64,000 bases of DNA from Haliotis rubra (GCF_003918875.1 NW_025767162.1:558001-622000); one strand, 5' to 3'. Positions 50,401-62,530 are shown, counted from the first letter of the stretch. Numbers and translations are program-made. The notes: generated by a model from the sequence alone, not told the origin.

Positions 50401-52642
50401 ATAATTTGTTATAGTAGTGTGTTTTTTGTAAGTTGTAATATCACATTGATTAACTGATAGTTAATATGGGTCACAAAGTTTTGAGTGTGGGTTTTGGTTC
50501 GCATCTCGCATCATGTATGTCCAATTACACTAGTATTTAGTAATACAGCCATTTACTGCAAGTACAACCCTAATTCGCTTAGGTAGGGTAGAATACAGTG
50601 ATTTGATGTACTCTTGAGTGAATGATGTACAGGTACCTTGAACGTGATGCATCAGATCCTGCTTGGTTTAAATTTCATGTAACTGTCTTTGTAACCTGAT
50701 TGTCAGAGTTCTCCATACATTTTCAATTATATTATGTACAGTCTGGGGACTGAGGAGGCCAATTCTTTGTCTGAATGTCATTCTCACGTTTCCACTGAAT
50801 TGTCTGTCAGACAAGGAAAATTGTCCTCTTGAGATATATAGCCCCGATGTGCTGGAACTTTGCCCATTATTGGCCAGTATATCTATATAATTTGTAGAAT
50901 TGATATAACCATCTACATCAACACCTTCAAACCCGTGAAGGTCCGGTGTAGAGGGCGCAAGAGTCGATATAATGCAACGTTGCATTAATTCCTTCGAACT
51001 TTTCAATTTAATATTGTAATCTAATACGTAATTTTGTTTGGGTATACATTATGTGGTAGCTTCCCTGAGGGCTGATAGTTGGTATTATTGAGAGAAATGC
51101 ATTATTTTTTTATAGAGATATCTCGTGTGACGTTGTGCCTTTAATGCTGTTGATGTACCCGTGAAGATCCGGATTAGAATTGATCTTCAGTAAGCTTGTC
51201 GTAAGAGGCGACTAACAGGATCGAGCGGTCAGGCTCGCTGACTTGGTTGACCCATGTCATCGGTTCCCAACTGCACAGCTCATGCTGTTGATCACTGGAT
51301 TGTCTGGTCCAGGCTCAATTATTTGCAGACCGCCGCCATAGAGCTGGAATATTGTTAAGTGCGGCGTAAAACAAAAGTCACTCACTCACTTCAACACCTT
51401 CAAAACAAATACACCCCTAGAACATCACACTGAGACGTGGATAATTTTTATCCATGCACACACCAAGGCACCGGGGTTTCCACTATTCTTCATTAATCCT
51501 CCAAACATAAACTTTCTAATCTTTTCCTACAACAACTTGACTCTCATCTGAAAATATTACCCGTGACCAATCTCTATTTACATTCTATCTGAAATGTGTT
51601 CTTGCAAAGGCTCTTCTCTTGAACCTGTTTTGAGAGGATATGGTGAAAGTGAATGACTCTGATGAGTTAATGTTTTAGATTTGTGACCCAGTATTTTAGA
51701 TTTGTAACTCAAATGCATTGTACTAGAAATCTGTCATTTATTGTAACCTTGTTCGTGATCTATTCAATATTCGGTATCAGGAATATTATTCCATAATCTT
51801 ATAGTTGATGGAACAAAGAAAACATACGAATGTCTTAATCAGTCAGGATGTAAGATAATATTGTTAGCATTCCGAAGGTTATAACTAGATATCTCGATTC
51901 CAAATTATCTGTAGTTATATCTTTTAAGTATACAGGAGCTGAATTATTTCGAATTTTATAAAATAGACAAAGCGTTCTTAATTTTCTTCGTTCATCTAGT
52001 CTTTTCCATCATGTCTCATACCTAACGACAAATTATAATATTATATCTAGGAAGACCCGTAACTATTCTTGTAGCTTCTAACTGAAGTTTCTCTAAGTTT
52101 TCCTTATGTTGTACGGTACAACCACCCACACCCACACCCACACCCACACCCACACCCACATCCACACCCACACCCACAAGCATATTCAAAGCGTGATGTG
52201 AAATGTATTCCATTAAACATAAACTGGAACGGCTGTGGAGCTGACAAACATAGAAACATAATCGGGGCGAGCAAAGGTTCCAGGTCACAGGTCAATATGT
52301 CACACCCACTGAACGAAACTCTACACACAAAGTTGCTGTGTTTTAAACGAATGGGTGACCTTGGCCTTTCCATATAAGGAACGACAATTATTTGCTAAAT
52401 GTTGTAATGAGGTACAGTAGAAAAATCTACTAATTTATAGAAATCTGTAAAATGCTTTCACCACCTTTGTAAACTTTTCAAAACTTCGCCCAATTTGTAT
52501 TTCATTATTTCTGTATGATAAAATACACAAATAGTTGATTATACATCTGTTTACATGAAAATACTTAGATATTCTAAATGCAATCGTACATCTTTCTAAT
52601 GATTTTGAAATAATAAAGTCCATTTTCCTACCGTAAGTTCAT
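47423..52642 (-). CDS. GH26 beta-mannanase-like copy 6 (subtype B), intact, ~402 aa; exons 52642-52632, 49373-49136, 48382-47423
   Basis: Minus strand: ATGAACTTACG|gtagga; ttcaacag|G gives MNLRNIPVIALVFLTTTQC|EPID; TCG|gtaggt; tttcag|GAG. RPLHEQNGGWFWWG, PALTETG. 1209 nt in frame. Confidence 0.9.
50040..52120 (-). mobile_element. CR1-type LINE 3' remnant interrupted by a Tc1-like relic (related 3' end at ~54860-55500); ends approximate
   Basis: LEKLQLEATRIVTGLPRY and following CR1-like C-terminal residues; shared terminal sequence tttattcaca...ttatccaacttaaa..cgctccct at ~50052 and ~54866. Confidence 0.55.
50500..51620 (-). mobile_element. Tc1-like transposase relic; ends approximate
   Basis: FSDESQVV...VWR in broken frame at ~51550-51490 and IIENVWRTL at ~50720; interrupted by an insertion with TSD tcaacaccttcaaa. 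Confidence 0.6.
52123..52177. repeat. (CACACC)n microsatellite; (TG)/(CGTG)n also at 41781-41845
   Basis: Visible directly. Confidence 0.9.
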
Positions 52643-52950
52643 CCTTCCAATAGGCAACGGTCTTATGTGTTCTATTCTATTTAGGTTTTGTTATATATGA
52701 ATATTTCTGGATAAGATTAAATTGAGGTTGTTACCTATGTTTTTAAAACATACATGTTGAGGTCAGGTCATCTCTGATATCTATCGGGTCATCATATATA
52801 CAGGGCCATCCAAGGTTACGGCTGATGATTGGTAGTAGGGTTGTGTTGCCGGCCAAATGTCATCTTATGAAGGATTCGATTCCCAGCTACAGACACATTC
52901 ATGTACTTTGTCTGTTGGAACGCTTGTGATTTCTCCCCTCTGTCCCTAGT

Positions 52951-53413
52951 TATAGTCCGTTTGAATTCAGTTTAGACCGATGAATTTCTCACTTACACAC
53001 AAAAAAATATTCAACAAAACCCCCCAAAATGTTATTTATTATTTTGTTGTCACGTGTCGTTTATTCGTGGGGGTGTGGGTATGGGTGTAGTGGTGTGTGT
53101 TGTGTGTGTGTGTGTTGGGGGCATGCTGGTAGAACAGCCAGTTGTGCAAGCTGCACGTGTGATATTGAAATTTCACTACACACGCTTGTTCGTTACCTGG
53201 CTGTCCTCCCAACAAGTGGTACCCCCTCGTACGATATAGCGTAGAGTGACAACAAATAATAACATTTTTATTCGGTGTCCAACATTATGATACAAATCAT
53301 CAGAGTTGGTCTGTCGATTTCACGGGACTGCGCAAAATTTGGCTTAGTTGCAGTTATTAGATTTTGTGTTAGTGAGCAATTCATCGGTCTCAAATGAAAT
53401 CAAACAGACTATA
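52951..53413. mobile_element. Palindromic MITE-like element
   Basis: tatagtccgtttgaattcagtttagaccgatgaatttctcact is inverted at 53362-53413; inner IR aaatgttatt...ttgttgtcac / gtgacaacaaataataacattt. Confidence 0.6.
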
Positions 53414-54990
53414 GGCGGCTTTACTTAGGTTGCTGGCAATCACTAGCTCCATTTTGTGTTCTTAATTGATATTCTATTATTTTGAAAGCTCTTGAACTAG
53501 TTTTTGAAAAATATGTGACCATCCCGCTATTATGCTGTTTTTCGACTACAAGATTATACTCAGGTTCCATATAAATATATGTATTCTTTATGTGTGATTC
53601 ACGATACTCTTACATGTATATCATGCATTGAACATTAAAACATGACTTAAAAAGGATAGCCTACACAAGCGTAATATATCACATATAGGCATATGACTGG
53701 TTCAAGAAAACTGAAATTAGGACGATTTGTCAGCGATTCAATCGGAAGCATTATCTTCAAAGGCCACCGTAAGGGACATTGGGGACAAGCGTTATAGCTG
53801 TATGGTATTCTAGCACTTGTTGTGGAGAAAATCAAGTCAGTGCAAAAAACTAAAATCAGTGCAACGATGAAGATTGTAGTTTTATGTGAAAGTACTTTGA
53901 TATGATCTTACATAGATTATCACCCGTTAAGATCCGGGTTAGAATTGATATTCAGCAACTCATACGTGATCGCATCCCAATGGCGTAGATTTTCTCGTCC
54001 AGACTCTATTATTTACAGACCGCCGCCATATAGCTGGAATACTGCTGAGTGCGGCATTAAACAACAAACCAACCAACATAGATTATCGTCTCATAGGGAC
54101 AGCTAGTTTACGCTCTAACTTAAGGATATTTATCAACCTGAACAACCTTGGAATATTCCACATTTGTTATCTGTAAGGAACCTTCACCACAACTCATCTT
54201 ACTGAGAGATGGGAACATTTTCTGTTTGTGCACATGGTCTGTATAAGAATAGTTTCAACTATCTCTTATATGCCGGCCAGGTTAACAGACATCGGAATGG
54301 CAATCAGGTACCAGCGATACATTATTTCTATTTTACTTGACGTAAACTTCCATTTAAATTATTCTGTTGACATTGACATTTCTCTCTTAAGGGAGTTGTT
54401 TTCAAATAATTATGTACTTATATTTTCAGAATAGGACCGTTTTCATTAGATTAAACAATAATCATTGCGATGACATCCTAACCATGTGGGGGCGATGGGG
54501 TAGCCTAGTGGTTAAGGCATTCGCTCGTCACGCCGAAGACCCGGGTTCGATTCCCCACATGGGTAAAATGTGTTAAGCCCATTTATGGTGTCCCCCGCCG
54601 TGATATTGCTGGAATATTGCTAAAAGTGGCGTAAAACCGAACTCACTTACTAGCCATTTGTTCATGAATTACTAGACTAAAGCTTAGTCCCTCGATCTAT
54701 ACATAATTTTGATAAATATACCCATTTGAATTTAAGGGCTTTAGCATTGCAGAGGGCTAGGCGGTAGTACACTACATGGAAATAATGTGGTTCAGGGACT
54801 GTGAGATAGACTGATGAATTACTGTCACCTAGTGATGATACAGGGTGTTTTGATTTAAACATATTTTATTCACAATTGTGAAAGAGGTTGGGGACAAGTT
54901 ATCCAACTTAAATATCCGCTCCCTGGTGTTTACATGAATGCATTTTCACTATTATACAAATTAGCAAGGAATAGAGAGAAAGTGTAGGCG

Positions 54991-55232
54991 TGAGTGAGTT
55001 TAGTTTTACGCCGCACTCAGAACTATTCCAGCTATATGGCGGCGGTCTGGAAATAATCGAGTCTGGGCCAGACAATCCAGTGGTCAACAGCATGAGCATC
55101 GATCTGCTCAATTGGGAACCGATGACATGTGTCAACCAAGTCAGCGAACCTGACCACTCGATCCCGTTAGTCGCCTCTTACGACAAGCATGGGTTGCTGA
55201 AGATCAATATTCTAACACGGATCTTCACGGGT
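54991..55232 (-). mobile_element. ~240-bp short retroposon starting ACCCGTGAAG (family P); other copies ~413-593, 3910-4030(-), 9618-9847, 10297-10525, 14293-14536, 21168-21360, 48879-49113, 51157-51390, 53922-54077, 57935-58145(-)
   Basis: Many dispersed copies with shared ends, (ACTC)n tail and TSDs (ctttttgata at the 14.3-kb copy; catggatatt at the 48.9-kb copy). Confidence 0.85.
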
Positions 55233-57028
55233 CAGGAAGTGTATGAACGTTAGAGAGAGAACAGAGGAAGGGACACAACTTAAGTTATTACTCAAAAACG
55301 TTTTGATTGATAAATGCAAGTTTGTACACACTTGGAAACATATTCATTCTGTTGAATAGTCATATCTGCACTTCCAAGTAACATTAATAAAATATTGTAC
55401 AATGCGGTTCTATCTTTGTCTACCTTTGAATGTTGTACAGTTTACATTCTAAAAGGAAGTGATGTACAGGTTCACAACTTTTACCGGAGTAACATAGTCT
55501 AGTTGTCTTGTGTAAATACAAGGTGTTTGCGACGAAGTGTGCGACTCGTCACAAACACATGCAACGACAAAGAAACTTGATACATGAAGTAACACGTGGA
55601 TATATGCTTATGTCCGTCTTCGGACACCATGAAACCCCCAATGTTTGTCTTGTCATTGCGAGTCATTTTGATAGTTATGATGAAATATTAAAAAGAAATA
55701 TTTGTATCCAAGTTGAAAAAGGCTCTTTAAGCCATACAGGTTGTACTGTGAACCTTTGTCTAGAATAGAATGTATTTCTTGTACATTTTCCAAGATTTCA
55801 AGGAGCCTCACAAGAATTTGGCTCAGATGTTCGTTTAATCAAAGTTACAAAATCCATGGTCTCATTAAAGCTTTCAAAGGTCCAATGGAACACATGAGGA
55901 AAATACTATCAAATTTGAAGTGCAGAAACGATGTTCGATGGCAGGCTGAAGTGGATGGCACTGGCCATATTTCTTATCATTGCATCATATTTTGAGAAAC
56001 AAATTTATATTTTAGTGTGAGGTGTTAGCCCTGTAGTGAGTGAGTTAAGATTTAAAGTCACATCGGCAATATTTCAGCCATATCGTGACTAAAACTAGTT
56101 CTAAATTTATAATACATACATATATATATAAAACCCTGTCAGTTGACAGATTGAGTTTAGCTAGCATATATCTTTAAAAGTAGAAAATTATTTGTGGACA
56201 GTACAATGTAAAATTGGGCTATAGATCGCCAACAACTGAGTAGAACACCATACTAGGGATAGGGACTTACAGTGCCTTTTACCCGTGAACTGTTAGCCCT
56301 GTACAATTGGTAGAACATGCATATTAACATAAACAGACATAAATTTCTTGACGTTTAAGCTATGAATTACAAGGAGGGTGAGTTCTGTACTTGTACTGTA
56401 TTTACTAGTTTTACTTTGACATCTGTGATTAAATAGTTGTTTTACAGTTCTTCAGTTCATCGAGTCCATTTCTGGTGTCCCCCGGGCTTTTAATTGCTAA
56501 AAGCGGCGTAAAAACAAAACTCAGTCAGTCAGTCCTCATTTTCTTGATCTTTAATATGTTAACTAATTATTTCCGTTACGATATGGCTGAGATATTACTG
56601 ATGTGACGATAAATATTACCTCACTCACTCTGCTCTTAAATGCGATGCAGTGGCGCCATTCGAATGATAGCTTTGTCCGTTTAATAATGATTTTAGTTTC
56701 TTGTCCCCAAAATAGAACAATTTAAAGTGACGCGACACAAGTGTCATGATTTTCAGCTTGGATCTGTGTGTGTTTTGTTTTTGTTGCATGTATTTGTGCA
56801 GATGTTCATTTCCACTGCACTGTCAGTACTAAGTGCCTACCCATGATGAGACGACATACGGGATCGGATGGTTGATGCATGTCCCTGTCATGTAGACTGA
56901 TGATGAAGATGTCTATCAACACCGCCACGTAGCTGTAATATTGGAGTGCCGCGTTACACAACACTCAGACTGTTTTTGTCCTATTTCGATTGCAGGGCAA
57001 CTTCTTGGTCATGTATTGTTCCTTACAG

Positions 57029-59210
57029 AACGAGGGTTCACAGTTTTCGCCAGTATTGCCTACATCTCTACCCACGGACCAGCAAGTCATAGCAACCATC
57101 GAGTCTTGGAAATGAGAAGGAGTCTCCACAGGATCGGGCAGTGCAGTGGATCAGAACCTTCTGATGATGGCCGCGTTAAACAACATCTGTGACTATTTTT
57201 GTCCAACACCTTTTATGTTTGGGCATGGTCCACCAGAACCTTCTGATGATGACTTTATGTTTGGTCATGGCGTGGACTGGTTCATCCGGTGGCCACGCCC
57301 CGTACGACATCCTTACTAACACTAGTGATAAAGGCTGGACATATACAGTATGTATCTACTTAACGATGTCCACTCATACATTCGTGAACTGTTCTATACA
57401 TATACATTTTATGATTGAATTTAATCTCATGTATATACCTTGAGCACCATCCATACAATGTGATCCCAATGCGATTCCTGGTCCCATGCAGCTAGACCTC
57501 ACAGTTTGTAAAGAAAGAGTAATAGTTATGTAGAGATTCCGGATACGAATATATGCCCCCAGAAAATATGTTTTCGTATCGTATGAGGAAGCCAAATGAA
57601 GTGGGCGGTTTGGCTCGATGACACGATTAAGGGCATATTGCTCTATCCAGACGTTCTTTGCTCATAACATCCATCACTGGATGTTCTGGTTCAGATTTGT
57701 GTATATACAGTCGTATTCCTATAGTTTAAATATTCCTGAGTGCGGTGTTACACAACGAACATGGAATACAACATGCGTAGACAAATGCGTACTGCATGAT
57801 TACACATGGTATTATTGTTTAGTATAGATGAACAGTTCATTGAGGCCATAACAATTTCATTGAAGGAACACATCACTGGTTGTGAGCTCAATCACAGATC
57901 AGTGTCACATTCTTTTTTGGGGTGTTTTCATGGTGTTTAACGTCGAGCTCAGCGATATTCCTGATATTTGGCGTCAGTCTGTAAATAATCAAGATTAGGC
58001 CAGACAATCCGGTGATGAGCATCGATCCACACAATTAAGATACGATGACATGTGTCAACCAAGAGGCGACTAACGATCCCGTTAGTCGCCTCTTACGACA
58101 AGCATGGGTTGCAGAAGGCCAATTCTAATCCGGATCTTAATGGGTCTCAAGGTGTTTACAGCTATCGTTCATGTTTTACATCGACCAACTCAGTTAAAGT
58201 AGGAAACAAAGTAGTCCTACCGTAGTGATACATATTTGATTCATTGACAGGTTGAACAGGCTTTGAAAGATTATCCAGATGAGTTGTCTGACGTGAAGAG
58301 CGTGACTGGCCAGTATGCAGCAGTAATCGACTTTGGGCTCTGGCAGTTGAGTGATGACAGAAGGATAATTCTGTCCCATCTTATCAAGAAGGCCCACAAG
58401 CGAGGTTTGATTTCAACCCTGAGCCAGCACCTGTTTAACCCCGTCACTGGTGGAAGTCCATGGGTGGAAGACGACAACGGAACTGTCCTCCATACCGTGA
58501 GGCGTCTCTTACCAGGAGGAGACTTCAATTGGAAGTACCAGAAGAACCTTGACACGATCGCCGATATTGCTCACAACCTGACAGACGACCAAGGAAAGCT
58601 TATCCCTGTTCTCTTCAGACCTCTTCATGAGCTTAATGGAGACTGGTTTTATTGGGGATTGGGAAATAAGGTTCAAAATACAGAAGATGATCTGAAATCA
58701 TTTTACCGATACATAGTTACGTATCTACGTGATCGAAAGAACGTTCACAACTTCCTGTATGTCTTCAGCCCGGACAAGTTCAAGGATAAAACAGATTACC
58801 TCAAAGTGTACCCCGGTGATGACTACGTTGATGTTATTGCCACCGATTTCTACTACAAGACGCCACAAGATAAGACAAGTGACTTTCACACAGCAGTCAA
58901 ACACGTTGTGGAGATAGCAGAGTCCAAGAATAAGATAGCTGCTGTGTCAGAGGCTGGGCTGTTTAACAATGGCATTGATACAGAGACTAATTTCTGGTTT
59001 GATAAAATCCTTTCTGCGATAAATGGTGACCCGATTACTCGGCGTGTTGCATACATCCTCACATGGGCTAATCAATGCAATGACAATCACTGTTCGGTGT
59101 GGGTTCCTTACAAAGGTCATCCTGCTGAAAATGACTTCAGAAGATACTTCTTTAACGATCCCATGACCCTGTTTGGAAGTGATATCCCAAATATGTACAT
59201 CCCTTCTTAA
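57029..59210 (+). CDS. GH26 beta-mannanase-like copy 7 (subtype A): intact catalytic exon 58251-59210, disrupted exon 2 (~57029-57347); possible pseudogene
   Basis: ACA|gtatgt donor at 57348 after GGHAPYDILTNTSDKGWTYT (homologous to copy 1); ttgacag|GTT acceptor; RPLHELNGDWFYWG, YPGDDYVDVIATDFY, AAVSEAG; AATAAA at 59306. The upstream part of exon 2 is frameshifted and locally duplicated; first exon not identified. Confidence 0.8.
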
Positions 59211-59606
59211 GTTATACAAGATACCTACTATGTACAAAGTAGACTGTTACGAACGGTATTCCATGAATAATTTCAATTGTTTTATGTAGCGAGTGTTCGA
59301 AAAGCAATAAAAAAACGTATTTTGAATTGAATCATTTATTTATGCAACTGCAGGGGCTTGTGACGTAAAAGAATGGACTCAATGGTACATACTGTCATTG
59401 ACAGAGTCAAAACATTATATATAACAAATGGGGCGTAACGAGGTTAACACATCAAGTTAGTTTCATGGCGAATTAAACATTGTCCACAGTATATACCCCA
59501 ATCAAATTATGTACGCATTTGAAGACAATCGATTTACCTTGATAATGAGATCTACATCACAAATATCCAAGCAGCAATTTGGGAGCCATCTTCGATAACC
59601 TTCCGA

Positions 59607-60059
59607 TAAATCTCCACTAGTACCTTGGATGCATCTACGGCTCGGCCCGATAATTGTATTGCCTCCCTTTGCAGGCGTTTTATCCAATCAGGTGTCTACG
59701 CTGGAAAGTTGAGCGTGCCAATCACAGCGCTCCTATCACAACTCACTTTCGCTTCCTTTATCTTACTGATTAAACTTGGCAACATAATTTTTGCAGAGAT
59801 ACTCTGAAAGAGATAGAAGGAGTTATTGCATATATTTTTGGAAGGTTTGAGACCTGTCAATTTGTCTGTATGATTTTCCCCTAAATCTGAGTCGCACAGC
59901 GAGCAAACCTTCGCGGCTGCGGCCACTATCTTTCTTGACACTGGCAAGCTCGGTTGTAACGGCTTATCTGATTGTCTACTGTGCGAAGGCGGACCCAGCA
60001 AAGGGAGGTAATAAAATTATGGGACCAAGCCGTAGATGCATCCACTACTGGAGATTTAT
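59607..60059. mobile_element. MITE-like element with ~65-bp terminal inverted repeats
   Basis: ggatgcatctacggctcggcccgataattgtattgcctccctttgc at ~59627 is inverted at ~59997-60043. Confidence 0.6.
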
Positions 60060-60949
60060 TGGATTTATTGGAATGAATACCGTGGAGATTAGCGAGGATG
60101 TTTGGGAGCTAGCGTCTTCGGAAGATTGTGATTTCTCGATTCCGAGCCAAAATCCCTGCTCAGAATCATACAAACACAACATACACCAGCACATGCTGAA
60201 TTGATGGCACCTGTCAGCGCAATAAACGTCATTCCTTCGGAGACTTGCAGCCAACTATCATAATGATGAATACACAATGCATTTACAAAGTGGTCAAATG
60301 TAACATGTGTCATATTTGGGATTACACTTTCTTTGTAACGTACATATTCTAATACTTTTGTTGGGTTGGGTCCCATCAGGGATTCTAACCCACACCCTCA
60401 GAGTCAGGCACCTATTCGCCATCACACAAAGTCAGTGAGTGAGTGAATGAGTGGGTTAAAATGTATTGTCACTTTGGCAATATTTCAGCCATATCGTGGC
60501 TTAAAAGGGTCATATTGTAATACTATATTGTGTTGTGTCTTAAAATCTGTCTGCGAAGAACAGTAAAAGAACTGAAAAATCAGTTAGAGATTTAAAACTA
60601 GTGAGAGTGAGTGACTTAAATACTATTTGGCACATTACAATATAACAACAGGCTATAGATCACCAGCAACTGAATGTAGATCACCATACTAGGGACCATG
60701 GGGACCCTAGCTGGATTTACACCACCCCTTCAGCCACTGGTGATTGCAGTGAATATAGTCATTATGTAAAATAACACATATTCTACGATTAAAGTTTTGT
60801 GGGTCAAAATTTACTTTGAAAGTTTCAGACTTACGTATCCTCTCGTTTACGTATATCTATTCATTGCAAACCGGCCTATGTCGTGCCCGTTTGACTTTGA
60901 CGATCTTGGCCTTGACCTGCCCACACTAACAAGAGCCAGCGACCTGATA

Positions 60950-62530
60950 GGACAAAAGTAACTGTGCATAACATAAAATGGCATAAAATAAAAATTATTT
61001 GAGAAGTTATAACAATAACCCTAAATAAACACGTAGCAAAGCACTTTGCATGAAATTCGATGTTACGTATCGAGCGTGCAACGTGCACTTTGTGAACATT
61101 ACACTTACTCACTTTTAGCATGTTCTTTGACACCTGAAATTCACACACATGATATTGAAAATTGAAGAACGGTTGGTTATTCAGACTTACAGAAAGTCAG
61201 CGTCTCCGCTGTTGGAGACTGGAATGGCCCAAAATGGTGTGGCCAGCCATTTGGTGTCCATCGAAACATGATCTCATCTATATGGAGACGTTTTCAGCAG
61301 AATGGGCGAGTGAGTTAGTTAATATTTAACGTCACATCGGCAATATCAGTAAAACAACTAGAATATCACAATTACAACTAAAACTAGTACGGAGAGTTAA
61401 AACTGATAGCACTATTTGGACAATACAATATAAAAACAAGCTATAGATCGCCAACACCAGAAGGTAGATCACCATACCAGGGACCATGGGGATTCAGCAG
61501 AATGGGAACACGAGAGATTTTCCCCTCGCACCGGCCGTCCTTGCGTGACGTCACGTCAGCAAGACAACCAGATTCGGGTTACCCATCTAAGGAATCGACT
61601 GCCAATTTGATTTCACGGACCATTCCAGGCTTACGTCCAAGCAGTTCCAGGACTGTACGGAACCGACTGAGGGAGCACAACATCCGACACTGACGGCCTG
61701 CAATACGCTCAGTTTTGCTCCGTCGTCACCGACAGGCACGTCTTGCCTGGTGCAGACAGGATCTACGGCACAAGAGACAAGATTGCGATGGCCTTTTGTT
61801 CACTGACAAGTCGAGATTTCATCTCGACAGCTCTTTGCAAGGGTGTACAGACGGCGAGGTGCACGATGTGCTAACACGTGCGATGTTTAACGTTGACAGG
61901 TTGGTGGCGAAAGCGTTATGGTATGAGGAAGCATCAAATCCCTTGGTTGGACACAATGGCAGTCTGACAGATCTGCGATACAGGGATGAGTTCATTGGGC
62001 CCCATGTGCAGCCGTTCATTCGAGACGAACTCCACGCTTCAGCAAGATAATACCCGCTCACATGTCGCTTGTGTTGTGACATATTTCCTGAGACAGCAGA
62101 ACATTCCGGTACTCCACTGGCCAGCTGTTTCTCCGCAACTGCCCACTATCGATCACGCTTGGGATGAAATGGAGAGACGTTTACGTTAAGCCCAGATTCA
62201 GCCATTGATGTTAGTTGAACTAGCACAGGCGTTGGATCAGACATGGAACAACATTTCCCAAGCTTTCCTCAATCGCTTAGTGTCGTCTATACGTCGACGT
62301 AGTCAAAGCCTGCATCAACGCCAATGCTGGAGACACACTGGAACTGACTTTTGACACCACATCTCTTCAAGGGCGTGCCACGATGCCTGGTATGAAATCA
62401 TAACGATTTCGATAGTATCCTGTCAACAGTCATACAGTGATTAAGGAAAACACCACAAATCATGATATTATCTTTTACCATTAAAAAGTGGCATAACATT
62501 AAATAATGCGCAATTAGTTTATTCCAGTAA
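60950..62530 (+). mobile_element. Decayed Tc1-like transposon; ends approximate
   Basis: SSRTVRNRLREHNI, RHRQARLAWCR, LFTDKSRF, LQQDNTRSHVA, WPAVSPQLPTIDHAWDEM in shifting frames. Confidence 0.75.

Noticed and set aside
52104-52373. Metallothionein-like CGCGCG ORF
   Set aside because: Product of a (CACACC)n microsatellite next to a CR1 remnant.
12251-59210. Bacterial contamination as the source of the GH26 ORFs
   Set aside because: Conserved spliceosomal introns with consistent phases, poly-A signals, and host SINE/LINE insertions within the introns.
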